A stretch of DNA of 24,000 nt, from assembly GCA_030531795.1 (NCBI GenBank), contig JAUNMN010000009.1, positions 27,883 to 51,882 on the forward strand. The letters run 5' to 3'. Below, piece by piece: positions 1 to 9,034 of the stretch; position 1 is the first letter of the stretch; each line of letters starts with the position of its first letter. The notes under the pieces were generated by a model. The model searched no databases. It was not told where the DNA came from and was given only the letters and a program-made list of their open reading frames with translations. The DNA is from Neisseria sp. (GTDB lineage Bacteria; Pseudomonadota; Gammaproteobacteria; Burkholderiales; Neisseriaceae). Position numbers and translations under genes: made by a program.

Positions 1-1423
1 TCATCAAATGAAAACCTGGCATAATCGTGCCGCCCAAATAGTGATTGTCCGCGCTTAACGCGTCCACCGTAACCGCCGTGCCGCAGCTCACGACCACACA
101 CGCATTTTGGCTCACGCCGCGCGCACCCAACACATTAAACCATCTGTCCGCGCCGTGTTCCGCTGGATTGCGATAGTGGTTTTTAATCCCCAAAGCGTTT
201 GCCATAGACGACAACCATTGCACTTCACTGCCCAAGGCTTCCGCCACCAAAGCTTTTTTCTCGTCGCCACACACCGCGCAACCGATGATGCGCACATCAG
301 CCGCGCCGTATTCCAGCCAATCGTCGCGCAAAGCCTGCAAATCGCGATACGGCTTGCGTTGCACCTCGCCCAAACGCTGATTGCTGACCCAAGCCCACTT
401 GAGCTGGCTGTTGCCGCCGTCCAATAACAAAATGCGTTCGTCTTTTTTCACTTGCGCAGACGGCACAACATCGCACGGACGCAAACTGATTTCACCGCTC
501 ACCACATTTTGCACGCCCGATGCCGTCTGCAAACGCAATGAACCGTCGCCGTTCACGCCCAAAACCTTGCCTTCCAGCAACAATTCGCCCTGATGCGACA
601 AACGCACATCGCGCAAATAATCACGGTTTGCCCGTTCATATTCCGCAACAAACGGTGCAAAACCCTGCGTTTCAAACGCCGCAAACGCCTGTGCCAGTTC
701 CGCCAAAATCGCGTTCAACACCGTCAAAACCTGCAGCTTTTGTCCGCCTTGCGCCTGAATCGACGTAACATCGGGCAACTCTTTGGGCAGCACAAAATTC
801 AAACCAATGCCCACCACCGCAACTGTTTTGCCAGCCTGTCGCACCGTTTCAATCAAAATGCCGCCCAACTTGTCCTTGCCTGCCACCAAATCGTTTGGCC
901 ACTTGATTTGCGCCGCCACATTCACGCTCGCCAAAGCGCGCTGACACGCCAAAGCCGTCAGCAGAGCCAAAGCCCCAAGTTGCGCCTGCGATTGTTCAAA
1001 CGCCCAGCCCAAGCTGAACATCAAACACTCGCCCGCCCTGCTTTGCCACGCCTTGCCTTGTCGTCCGCGCCCTTTCGTTTGACTGTGCGCCACGCACAAA
1101 GCGCGATGCGCCGCATTCGCATCTTCACGCGCTAAAGCCAGCAACTCATCATTGCTCGACACACACTCATGCTGCAAACGCGCCTGCCACCCCAAAGCCG
1201 CTGCCGATTCGCACAAAGTCGCTTCGTCCAACACCGCCAAAGGACGCACCAAACGCCACCAGCCATCGCGCTGACGCAACAAACCGCGAATGTGGCTGGG
1301 CTGAACCTGCCACAAACCATTCAAATGTTGCGGTTTGATGTCCAATTGTTTTGCCAAAAACGCAATATGCTTTTCCGTGCCGTCTGCCAAAAGAGCCAGT
1401 AAACGCCAGTGTATCGCCTGCAT
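1..1423 (-). CDS. birA: Bifunctional biotin-[acetyl-CoA-carboxylase] ligase / type III pantothenate kinase (BirA-CoaX fusion); the 3' end runs off the window
   Basis: This gene is absent from the ORF track because its stop lies outside the window. The reverse-strand reading frame is open from the ATG at 1423-1421 to position 2. My translation begins [34 protein letters not shown] and contains the BirA motif [10 protein letters not shown] and KWPNDL. It continues into CoaX-type motifs: [27 protein letters not shown] and GGTIMPG. The plus-strand ORFs listed over this region are R/Q-rich antisense artefacts. Confidence 0.85.
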   Translation of the reverse strand, partial: MQAIHWRLLALLADGTEKHIAFLAKQLDIKPQHLNGLWQVQPSHIRGLLRQRDGWWRLVRPLAVLDEATLCESAAALGWQARLQHECVSSNDELLALAREDANAAHRALCVAHSQTKGRGRQGKAWQSRAGECLMFSLGWAFEQSQAQLGALALLTALACQRALASVNVAAQIKWPNDLVAGKDKLGGILIETVRQAGKTVAVVGIGLNFVLPKELPDVTSIQAQGGQKLQVLTVLNAILAELAQAFAAFETQGFAPFVAEYERANRDYLRDVRLSHQGELLLEGKVLGVNGDGSLRLQTASGVQNVVSGEISLRPCDVVPSAQVKKDERILLLDGGNSQLKWAWVSNQRLGEVQRKPYRDLQALRDDWLEYGAADVRIIGCAVCGDEKKALVAEALGSEVQWLSSMANALGIKNHYRNPAEHGADRWFNVLGARGVSQNACVVVSCGTAVTVDALSADNHYLGGTIMPGFHLM

Positions 1424-1629
1424 TACACCGATTCCCTAGCCGCGCCACGCGCCGAATGAATATGAGAGAAAACGCTTTGAGCGCAAATTTGAGTGCAACC
1501 TTGAGTGGAAAAAAGAAAAGAAATCAGCATTGCCTAGGCTTTCAAAAAATAAGACCGAAATGATACCGAATAAGCAAGATTGATGAAAGCACAAATGCCG
1601 TCTGCAATCTGCGTTTGCCCTGATTTTCA

Positions 1630-1659
1630 TTGCCCAAAACGTAAACTTTCGGATACAAT
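1630..1659 (+). promoter_or_regulatory. Candidate sigma70-type promoter for the toxin-antitoxin pair
   Basis: TTGCCC at 1630-1635, an 18-nt spacer, then TACAAT at 1654-1659, about 28 nt upstream of the ATG at 1687. This is a pattern match only. Confidence 0.3.
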
Positions 1660-1686
1660 CGCCCTTATTTTGCTTCGTCCAAAATC

Positions 1687-1986
1687 ATGTACGTCATTGA
1701 AGAAACCGAAATCTTTGCCAACTGGCTAGAAAGCTTGAGCGACCCACTCGCCATTGTGCATTTTGTGAAGCGCATTGAACGAGCAAGATTAGGCAATTTT
1801 AGCGACAGCAAATCCGTTGGCGATGGTGTATTTGAAATGCGCATCACACAAGGCAAAGGCTATCGGGTGTATTACGCCCGAAAAGGAAAAATCACTTATT
1901 TACTGATTTGTGGCGGAGACAAATCCACCCAAGCAAACGACATTCAACAAGCCAAAAAACTTTGGCAACACATCAAGGAGCAATGA
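1687..1986 (+). CDS. Type II toxin, RelE/ParE-superfamily addiction module killer protein (HigB-like)
   Basis: The 99-aa product is MYVIEETEIFANWLESL...GDGVFEMRI..GKGYRVYYARKGKITYLLICGGDKSTQANDIQQAKKL. It matches the remembered pattern of the HI1419-type killer family (G.G..E.R...G.GYRVY.......I.LL.GGDKS.Q..DI..A). Its stop lies 1 nt before the antidote start. Confidence 0.85.
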   Translation: MYVIEETEIFANWLESLSDPLAIVHFVKRIERARLGNFSDSKSVGDGVFEMRITQGKGYRVYYARKGKITYLLICGGDKSTQANDIQQAKKLWQHIKEQ

Positions 1987-1987
1987 A

Positions 1988-2269
1988 ATGAATATTCGTG
2001 AATTTGATGCCACGCGTTATTTGAAAAACGATGAAATGATGGCGGCTTATTTGGCTGCTGTGTTAGAAGATGGCACAAGCGAAGAATTTATTCAGGCATT
2101 GAACGTTGTGGCACGCGCCAAAGGGATGAGCGAGCTTGCTGAAAAAACAGGCATCGGGCGCGAAAGTCTATACAAAACCTTGTCTAGCGAAAAGCCGCGA
2201 TTTGATACCATTTTAAAAATCATTCACGCTTTGGGTTTGAATTTTGGCATTGTTGCCAAAACCGCTTAA
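1988..2269 (+). CDS. Type II antitoxin, HTH addiction module antidote protein (HigA-like, HI1420-type)
   Basis: I chose the start at ATG 1988 (MNIREFDATRYLKNDEMMAAYLAAVLEDG...) over the longer listed ORF from 1910, which would overlap the toxin out of frame. The HTH segment is MSELAEKTGIGRESLYKTLS. The C-terminus FDTILKIIHALGLNF is typical of this family. Confidence 0.85.
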   Translation: MNIREFDATRYLKNDEMMAAYLAAVLEDGTSEEFIQALNVVARAKGMSELAEKTGIGRESLYKTLSSEKPRFDTILKIIHALGLNFGIVAKTA

Positions 2270-2277
2270 CAATAAAA

Positions 2278-2313
2278 ATGCCGTCTGCGACTGATAAACG
2301 TTGCAGACGGCAT
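2278..2313. terminator. Inverted DUS-pair hairpin shared by the convergent antidote gene and the AbrB-type antitoxin gene
   Basis: ATGCCGTCTGCG at 2278-2289 and TGCAGACGGCAT at 2302-2313 form a roughly 11-bp stem with T-rich flanks on both strands. The right arm overlaps the stop codon (2313-2315) of the minus-strand gene. Confidence 0.7.
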
Positions 2314-2528
2314 TATTTTGTCCAGTTTTCTTGAATATCCCGTTCAATGATGTCTTGATTTTGAGATGCGGCGGCGATGAAGTTATCCCATGTTCGTGGG
2401 CGAGCGGATAAGACAACATCGCCATTTTCATCGCGGCGGATAAACACGCTATCGCCATCAAATTTAAAAGCGGCAGGCAAACGAACGGCTTGGCTGTCGC
2501 CATTGGTAAAGAGTTTGGCGGTTTGCAT
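2313..2528 (-). CDS. AbrB/MazE/SpoVT-fold antitoxin (VapB/VagC-like) with no adjacent toxin gene
   Basis: The 71-aa product MQTAKLFTNGDSQAVRLPAAFKFDGDSVFIRRDENGDVVLSARP has the swapped-hairpin antitoxin N-terminus (K.F.NG.SQAVR.P..F.F). No PIN or other toxin ORF lies on either side. Confidence 0.75.
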   Translation of the reverse strand: MQTAKLFTNGDSQAVRLPAAFKFDGDSVFIRRDENGDVVLSARPRTWDNFIAAASQNQDIIERDIQENWTK

Positions 2529-2653
2529 GATTTACTCCTTTTCAATTTTGATTGGTATAAGAATTATTTGAGATTGTTTGGTTTGTGTCAATGCAAAAGC
2601 GGCGATGCACGCAAAGGCAAGCAAATAGAAAATGTGCAGACGGCAAGCAGAAT

Positions 2654-2685
2654 AAAAAAAGAGCCTGCGTGAGCAGACTCTTTTT
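2654..2685 (-). terminator. Rho-independent terminator of the porin gene
   Basis: Minus-strand RNA reads AGAGUCUGC-UCAC-GCAGGCUCU followed by U7, a 9-bp stem. The single non-Watson-Crick pair is G-U on the minus strand and C-A on the plus strand. The hairpin lies 15 nt downstream of the porin stop. Confidence 0.7.
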
Positions 2686-2699
2686 CGCTAATCAGATGA

Positions 2700-3767
2700 T
2701 TAGAATTTGTGTACCAAGCCAACCAAACCAGCTGTAGTTTTGGTTTTGCCTTCGCCAGTAGAGTTCAAAGATGTATCAACACCGTTTTCTTTCAACCAGC
2801 CTGCTTGTGCAAATGCAGTTGTGCGTTTAGAGAAATCGTAATCCACGCCTACAACAACTTGTTCGTATTCGCTGTCGTTTTGTTTCTTACCAGTCGCGAT
2901 ATCTTTTGCTTTGAAACCGTGAGCGTAAGACACTTTAGGCGTTACGTTACCGAATGAGTACGCACCAGTTACAGCAACTTCGTGAACTTTACGAGCGTCG
3001 CCCCAACCTTTAGCAAATTGGTAGCCAACAGTTGCTGCGATGTTGTTTGCGTTGTAACCACCTTCTACGCGGTGAACTTGTGCATCACCTGTATGTGTTT
3101 TACTAGCTGCATCTTTATAGCTATAGCCTTCTTTCTTCAGACCAAAACCATATTTAGCGAAGAAGCCAGCGTTTTCGTAGTTCAAACCAGCGTAGTAAGC
3201 AGAAGTATCGCCTTTATCATTTGCATCTGGTTTGTATTCGCTACGACCAGTGTCAGCTTGGTTGTCGCGTGGAACGTATTGTACGTTACCGCTGAAACCT
3301 GCCACTACTGGAGAATCGTAGCGTACAGAAACTACTTTCTCACCAGTGCGAGTGAATTTGCTCAAGCCCAAAGCTTTGTTCTTGTAAATCCATGGATCAA
3401 CTTGACCCATATCGTCCAAAGCAGTACCTACTTTACCTGCTTTGATAGTACCAGCTTGGCTTTCCAAACCGATGTAACCCAAACGGCTTGCCCAGCGTGA
3501 ATCAGTACCAGCAACAGAAGTACTTTGCTCTAATTTCCAAATTGCGTTCAAGCCGTTGCCCAAATTCTCATGACCTTTGAAGCCGATGCGTGAACCCAAA
3601 TCTTGGATTTGAGTGGTTACAGGTGTTTCTTTTTTCTTATCGTTCCAGCCAGTTTGTTTAGTTTGGCTAACTTCAACACCAGCGCGGATTTGACCATACA
3701 AAGTTACATCTGCAACTGCTGCAGTTGACAAAGCTGCCAAAGACAAAGCAATCAGAGTTTTTTTCAT
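2700..3767 (-). CDS. por: Neisserial-type trimeric porin (major outer membrane protein, PorB-like)
   Basis: The 355-aa product has the signal peptide MKKTLIALSLAALSTAAVA followed by DVTLYGQIRAGVEVS, the classic neisserial porin N-terminus. It has alternating beta-strand composition and a C-terminal ...GLVGLVHKF with terminal Phe. Confidence 0.93.
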   Translation of the reverse strand: MKKTLIALSLAALSTAAVADVTLYGQIRAGVEVSQTKQTGWNDKKKETPVTTQIQDLGSRIGFKGHENLGNGLNAIWKLEQSTSVAGTDSRWASRLGYIGLESQAGTIKAGKVGTALDDMGQVDPWIYKNKALGLSKFTRTGEKVVSVRYDSPVVAGFSGNVQYVPRDNQADTGRSEYKPDANDKGDTSAYYAGLNYENAGFFAKYGFGLKKEGYSYKDAASKTHTGDAQVHRVEGGYNANNIAATVGYQFAKGWGDARKVHEVAVTGAYSFGNVTPKVSYAHGFKAKDIATGKKQNDSEYEQVVVGVDYDFSKRTTAFAQAGWLKENGVDTSLNSTGEGKTKTTAGLVGLVHKF

Positions 3768-4206
3768 TGCTGTATTCCTTTTCTATGTTTAAGAAAGAAA
3801 CTTAAATCAGAGATGTTTTGTTCACCCCTTGAATTAAGCTTTGGTATTCATCGCTGCGGGTACAGCGATTTCATGGCTGTAATATAAATGCTTAAACGCA
3901 AAAAAACAAACTCAATTGCGGATTTTTCTTGCTAACCTAGAGAAAATCTGTTGTTTTTTGGCAACATGGAATTTTTATTCTTATATTTTTCAAAATCTTA
4001 TTGATATTTTTTATTTGCATTTTTTTGTTGTTGTTTTGTGTTGTTTTTTTGCACATTCGGCTGAAAACGGGGATTTGACTCGAAAAAATGGTGCGCAAAT
4101 CGGGAAAACAGTGAAGCGCAAAGGCTGATTTTTGGGGTTTGAGAGCGGTTTTTGGCTGTTTGTGCGCTGACTACTCATGATTTGTGCAAGTGTAAAGTGA
4201 CAAAAA

Positions 4207-4248
4207 ATGCCGTCTGCAACTGATTATTTCAGATGTGCAGACGGCATT
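4207..4248 (-). terminator. Inverted DUS-pair terminator after gcvP
   Basis: ATGCCGTCTGCA at 4207-4218 and TGCAGACGGCAT at 4237-4248. On the minus strand the hairpin is followed by T6. Confidence 0.75.
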
Positions 4249-4250
4249 TT

Positions 4251-4291
4251 GGTTTAAACGCGGTTTAAACTGGGTTTAAAGGCGTTTAGGG
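4251..4291. repeat. Direct repeats of GGTTTAAA with 11-bp period: three good copies plus one degenerate copy
   Basis: GGTTTAAACGC / GGTTTAAACTG / GGTTTAAAGGC / GTTTAGGG starting at 4251, 4262, 4273 and 4284. The first two units contain the 8-bp palindrome GTTTAAAC. Confidence 0.8.
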
Positions 4292-4310
4292 TTCAGCAAG
4301 CCATGCTGGT

Positions 4311-7157
4311 TTATTCGTAGTTGTCGATGCTTGGGCATGAGCAAACCAAGTTGCGGTCGCCGTATACATCGTCTACGCGATTGACGCTTGGCCAGAATTT
4401 GTTTTCACGCACATAAGGCAATGGGAAAACGGCTTCTTCGCGGCTGTATGGACGCGTCCACTCGCCATCGGTTACGTTTGCCGCGGTGTGCGGCGCGTTG
4501 CACAATGGGTTGTTATCCGCTGGCCATTCGCCGTTTTGCACCTTCAAGGCTTCTTGCTTGATTTGTTTCATGGCGGCGATGAAGCGGTCTAACTCGGCTT
4601 TGCTTTCGCTTTCGGTCGGCTCAATCATCAAAGTGCCTGCCACTGGGAAAGACATGGTTGGCGCGTGGAAGCCATAATCCATCAGGCGTTTGGCGATGTC
4701 TACTTCAGTTACGCCGCTTTCGGCTTTCAATGGACGCAAATCGATGATGCACTCGTGTGCCACGCGACCGTTTTTACCTGTGTACAACACGGGATAGTCG
4801 CTGCTCAATTGTTTGGCGACGTAGTTCGCGTTGAGCAAGGCGTTTTCGGTTGCTTGACGCAAGCCTGTTTTGCCCATCATGGTGATGTACATCCATGTAA
4901 TCGGCAAGATGCTGGCTGAACCGTAAGGCGCGGCAGAAACGGCACTCATGCCTGCAGTTGCGCCTGCCACTGGGTTCACCACATGGCTAGGCGCGAACGG
5001 CGCTAAATGTGCTTTCAAACCGATTGGACCCATGCCAGGACCGCCGCCGCCGTGTGGAATACAGAAGGTTTTGTGCAAGTTCATGTGCAACACATCTGCG
5101 CCGACTTCGGCTGGCTGCATGATGCCGACTTGGGCATTCATGTTCGCGCCGTCCATGTAAACTTGACCGCCGTTGTCGTGAATGATGCGACAAATGTCGC
5201 GAATGCCCTCTTCATACACGCCGTGGGTTGATGGATAAGTAATCATCAATGCACCCAAATTGTCGCGGTGTTGCTCGGCTTTGGCTTGCAAGTCGGCGAT
5301 GTCCACATTACCCAACTCGTCTGTGTTCACGACTACCACTTTCATGCCCAACATTTGTGCGGTTGCAGGGTTCGTGCCGTGTGCCGAACGCGGAATCAAA
5401 CACACATCGCGGTTAGGCTGACCGTTTGCCGCGTGGAAACGGCGAATCGCCAACAAACCTGTGTACTCGCCTTGTGCACCTGAATTTGGCTGAATCGCAA
5501 TCGCGTCAAAGCCTGTAATCGCTTTGAGTTGCTCTTGCAAGCCTGTAATCATTTCCAAATAGCCGCGCGTTTGTTCGGCTGGAGCAAACGGATGAATTTG
5601 ACTGAATTCCGCCCAAGTTACAGGCAACATTTCGGCGGTTGCGTTCAATTTCATGGTACAAGAACCGAGTGAAATCATGCTGCGGTTCATCGCCAAGTCG
5701 CGCTCTTCCAGTTTTTTCAGATAGCGCAACATTTCGTGTTCGGTGTGATAACGATTGAACACGGGATGCGACAAAATCGCGTCGGTGCGCAACAGTGCAG
5801 ACGGCAACTTGCCCGCCACTTCGCTTGGCAACACGCCTGCTTTGCCTGTGAACAATCGCACCAAAGCGGCAAAATCTTCGGCTGAACTTTCTTCGTGGAA
5901 TGCCACCGCCAACACGTTTTCATTCACTTGACGCAAATTGTAACCAGCTGCCAAGGCGTTTTGATAAATCTCGCCTGCTTTCGCTCCGCAATCTAAAGCA
6001 ACGGTGTCAAAGAACACGTTGTGTACTAATTGGATGCCGTCTGCAGTTACCGCGTCAGCGAACGCTGAAGCCAAAGCGTGAATGCGGTTGGCAATGCGTT
6101 TCACGCCTTCAGGGCCGTGGTAAACCGCGTACATGCCTGCCAAGTTCGCCAGCAAAACTTGTGAAGTACAAATATTTGAGTTGGCTTTTTCGCGGCGAAT
6201 GTGTTGTTCACGCGTTTGCAATGCCATGCGCAAAGCAGGTTTGCCCGAAGCGTCTTGCGACACGCCGATGATGCGCCCAGGGGCGTTGCGTTTGTCTGCG
6301 TCTTTGAATGTGAAATACGCTGCGTGTGGACCACCAAAACCCATAGGCACGCCGAAACGTTGGGTGTTGCCCAAGGCGATGTCTGCACCTAAAGACGCTG
6401 GCGATTTGAGCAAGACCAAGCTCATCACGTCTGCCGCCACGGCAACCACCGCGCCTTTGGCTTTCACTGCGGCAATCGGTGCCGCCAAATCGGCAACGTC
6501 GCCGTCTTTGCCAACGTATTGGAACAATGCGCCGAAGAAATCGCCATTTTCAGCAGCGGCAAAATCGCCCACCACCAACTCAAAGCCAAAATATTCGGCA
6601 CGGGTTTTCATCACATCTAAAGTTTGTGGCAACACGCGTTCGTCCACAAAATATTGATTCGATTTAGATTTGCTTACGCGTTTTGCCATTGCCATCGCTT
6701 CGGCGGCGGCAGTTGCTTCATCCAACAAAGACGCGCCAGCCAACTCATGACCCGTCAAATCGATGCACATTTGTTGGAAGTTTAACAAAGCTTCCAAGCG
6801 ACCTTGTGCGATTTCGGCTTGATACGGCGTGTAAGCGGTGTACCAACCTGGGTTTTCCAACACATTGCGCAAAATCACATTTGGCAAACGCGTTGGGTAG
6901 TAGCCCAAACCGATATACGATTTGTTCACCACGTTTTTGCTGGCAATGGCTTTGAGTTTCGCCAAAGCGTCGGCTTCGCTCAATGAATCAGGCAAATCCA
7001 ACTCTGCAGACGGCATACGCACGCTTTGTGGCACGGTGTTGCTCACAAAACTTTCCATGCTTTCTTCGCCCAAAGCCGCCAACAAAGCTGGCTGGTCTTT
7101 GAAGCTGATGTGGCGTGAAACAAATTCAGCAGAATTGAATAATTCGTTTAATTTCAT
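4311..7157 (-). CDS. gcvP: Glycine dehydrogenase (aminomethyl-transferring), glycine cleavage system P protein
   Basis: The 948-aa single-chain P protein is collinear with remembered GcvP. It shows [22 protein letters not shown] and the PLP-lysine region [16 protein letters not shown]. Confidence 0.97.
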   Translation of the reverse strand: MKLNELFNSAEFVSRHISFKDQPALLAALGEESMESFVSNTVPQSVRMPSAELDLPDSLSEADALAKLKAIASKNVVNKSYIGLGYYPTRLPNVILRNVLENPGWYTAYTPYQAEIAQGRLEALLNFQQMCIDLTGHELAGASLLDEATAAAEAMAMAKRVSKSKSNQYFVDERVLPQTLDVMKTRAEYFGFELVVGDFAAAENGDFFGALFQYVGKDGDVADLAAPIAAVKAKGAVVAVAADVMSLVLLKSPASLGADIALGNTQRFGVPMGFGGPHAAYFTFKDADKRNAPGRIIGVSQDASGKPALRMALQTREQHIRREKANSNICTSQVLLANLAGMYAVYHGPEGVKRIANRIHALASAFADAVTADGIQLVHNVFFDTVALDCGAKAGEIYQNALAAGYNLRQVNENVLAVAFHEESSAEDFAALVRLFTGKAGVLPSEVAGKLPSALLRTDAILSHPVFNRYHTEHEMLRYLKKLEERDLAMNRSMISLGSCTMKLNATAEMLPVTWAEFSQIHPFAPAEQTRGYLEMITGLQEQLKAITGFDAIAIQPNSGAQGEYTGLLAIRRFHAANGQPNRDVCLIPRSAHGTNPATAQMLGMKVVVVNTDELGNVDIADLQAKAEQHRDNLGALMITYPSTHGVYEEGIRDICRIIHDNGGQVYMDGANMNAQVGIMQPAEVGADVLHMNLHKTFCIPHGGGGPGMGPIGLKAHLAPFAPSHVVNPVAGATAGMSAVSAAPYGSASILPITWMYITMMGKTGLRQATENALLNANYVAKQLSSDYPVLYTGKNGRVAHECIIDLRPLKAESGVTEVDIAKRLMDYGFHAPTMSFPVAGTLMIEPTESESKAELDRFIAAMKQIKQEALKVQNGEWPADNNPLCNAPHTAANVTDGEWTRPYSREEAVFPLPYVRENKFWPSVNRVDDVYGDRNLVCSCPSIDNYE

Positions 7158-7306
7158 GTTTTTTCCTCTAGAAAATAAAAGAGTGCTTTTGGCAAATTAA
7201 GTCAGCGCAATCCACGCCGCCCCATTTTTGAATAAACCAGCGATGTTTTGCCCACACAGGCTTACTCAAAAACGCGGCTCAAACGCATTTGCCCCAACAA
7301 ACAAGC

Positions 7307-7335
7307 AAAAAAAGCTGCCTGACAAACAGGCAGCT
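7307..7335 (-). terminator. Rho-independent terminator or attenuator between gcvH and gcvP
   Basis: A perfect 9-bp stem, AGCTGCCTG (7313-7321) with CAGGCAGCT (7327-7335), has a 5-nt loop. On the minus strand it is followed by T7 (7307-7313). It begins 11 nt after the gcvH stop. Confidence 0.7.
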
Positions 7336-7345
7336 CTCATCTTCA

Positions 7346-7729
7346 TTAACCGATTTCGGCTGCGTATTGTTCAGCAGACAACAAGCCGTCTAAATCTGCA
7401 GCGTTAGCAGGTTTCACGCGGAAGAACCAGCCTGCGCCGTATGGCTCGCTGTTTGCCAAATCAGGGCTGTCTACCAAAGCCTGATTGATTTCTACCACTT
7501 CGCCCGCAATCGGTGCGTACACATCAGAAGCGGCTTTCACAGACTCAACCACGCCTGCTTGCTCGTCTGCATCCAAGTTTGCACCCACTTCTGGCAACTC
7601 AACAAACACGATGTCGCCCAATAATTCTTGCGCGTGTTCGGTGATGCCCACAGTTACTGTGCCGTCTGCTTCTGCACGCAACCACTCGTGGCTGGCAACG
7701 TATTTTAATTCTGCTGGAATATTGCTCAT
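7346..7729 (-). CDS. gcvH: Glycine cleavage system H protein (lipoyl carrier)
   Basis: The 127-aa product carries the lipoyl-lysine motif [18 protein letters not shown] and the N-terminal YVASHEWL. Confidence 0.97.
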   Translation of the reverse strand: MSNIPAELKYVASHEWLRAEADGTVTVGITEHAQELLGDIVFVELPEVGANLDADEQAGVVESVKAASDVYAPIAGEVVEINQALVDSPDLANSEPYGAGWFFRVKPANAADLDGLLSAEQYAAEIG

Positions 7730-7829
7730 GGTTTGTTCTCCGTATTAAGCATAAAGGTTTTAAGGTTTACAAGCGATGAAACAGCCGTTCAAAACAAAAA
7801 TCAGCCATTCCCTTGCTTTGGATATTCAC

Positions 7830-7862
7830 GATGCCGTCTGCAGTTTACCAGCACACGGCATC
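7830..7862 (-). repeat. DUS-containing hairpin between gcvT and gcvH with no adjacent T-run
   Basis: GATGCCGT (7830-7837) pairs with ACGGCATC (7855-7862) across a 17-nt loop. The left arm is a full ATGCCGTCTGCA DUS. No U-tract follows on either strand, so terminator function is doubtful. Confidence 0.5.
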
Positions 7863-7881
7863 GCCAATTGTGTCATTCAAA

Positions 7882-8979
7882 TCAATCAAATTGTTTTTTG
7901 CCATTGCGTACAAACGGCAATTTCAACACGCGCACGTCCACTTCTTTGCCGCGAATCAACACTTTCGCGCTGTCGCCTTCAAAGTTTTTCGGCACACGCG
8001 CAATCGCGATAGACTGTTTCAAGCTCGGCGAGAACACGCCGCTGGTGGTGATGCCTTTGCCTTCTGGCGTAATCACTTCCATGCCGTCGCGTAAAATGCC
8101 GCCTTTGTCCAACAACAAGCCAACTTGTTTCACGTCCACGCCGCGTTCTTTCAAAGCCAACAAAGGTGCTTTGCCCACGAAATCGCGACTTTCGTCTTTC
8201 AAATCAACCGTCCAGCCCATGCCCGCTTGCAAAGGACTGGTGTCGTCGTCCATGTCGTTGCCATACAAATTCATGCCTGCTTCCATACGCAAAGTGTCGC
8301 GCGCACCCAAACCGCAAGGCTGCACGCCTGCTTGACGCAAAGCCGCAAAAAACGCGTTCGCTTCAGCCGCTGGCAAAATCACTTCCACGCCCTCTTCGCC
8401 TGTGTAGCCTGTGCGTGCCACAAACCAGTCGTTGCCCAAGTCTGCGCCTTGAAACACCGCCAAATTGTTCACCACGTCTGTCCACTCAGGTTTTACGGTC
8501 AATAATTTTTCAATGGCTTTAGGACCTTGCACCGCCAACATACCCAAGTCGTAACGCGGTGTTAAAGTGATGCCAAATTCTGCGCCCACTTTAGCAAACT
8601 GCGCCGAGTCTTTTTCACGCGTCGCGCCATTAGACACGATGCGGTATTGCGTTTCGGCTTCGTTGGTGCGATACACGATTAAATCGTCAATCACGCCGCC
8701 ATTGTCGTTCAACATTGCCGAATACAAAGCCTTGCCGACAAAAGACAATTTTTGCACGTCATTTGCAATCAATTTGCGGAAAAAGGCTTTGGCGTTGTCG
8801 CCCGTAACGTCTGTTACCAACATATGCGACACGTCAAACATGCCTGCGTCGGTGCGCACGGCTTCGTGTTCTTGGATTTGCGAACCGTAGTTCACAGGCA
8901 ATTCCCAGCCAGCAAAATCAATCAATTTGCCGCCTGCGTCTTTATGAGCTTGATTAAATGGGGTGGTTTTGAGGGTCAT
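7882..8979 (-). CDS. gcvT: Aminomethyltransferase, glycine cleavage system T protein
   Basis: The 365-aa product begins [53 protein letters not shown], the canonical GcvT N-terminus. A GGAG RBS sits upstream. Confidence 0.97.
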   Translation of the reverse strand: MTLKTTPFNQAHKDAGGKLIDFAGWELPVNYGSQIQEHEAVRTDAGMFDVSHMLVTDVTGDNAKAFFRKLIANDVQKLSFVGKALYSAMLNDNGGVIDDLIVYRTNEAETQYRIVSNGATREKDSAQFAKVGAEFGITLTPRYDLGMLAVQGPKAIEKLLTVKPEWTDVVNNLAVFQGADLGNDWFVARTGYTGEEGVEVILPAAEANAFFAALRQAGVQPCGLGARDTLRMEAGMNLYGNDMDDDTSPLQAGMGWTVDLKDESRDFVGKAPLLALKERGVDVKQVGLLLDKGGILRDGMEVITPEGKGITTSGVFSPSLKQSIAIARVPKNFEGDSAKVLIRGKEVDVRVLKLPFVRNGKKQFD

Positions 8980-9034
8980 TCAAATCTCCTTTTGGACAAA
9001 ACAAGGGTGTTGCGTTCACTTTTCACGCGACCCT

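Noticed and set aside
107-1448. Several listed ORFs on both strands (for example 593..1135 + 180 aa, 1169..1402 +, 1167..1448 -)
   Set aside because: They are R/Q/H-rich with no recognisable motifs. All overlap the long reverse-strand BirA-CoaX frame, which the track omits because its stop is off-window. They are antisense or out-of-frame artefacts.
3916-4128. 70-aa plus-strand ORF in the porin-gcvP intergenic region
   Set aside because: It is a translation of the T/G-rich simple-sequence tract (runs of F, V, C, L). It has no RBS, and the first residue is not an ATG codon in the sequence.
7158-7306. Possible second glycine riboswitch upstream of gcvP
   Set aside because: I read the minus strand of this spacer and found none of the GGAGAG, ACCGAAGG or CUCAGG..AAGGAC cores.
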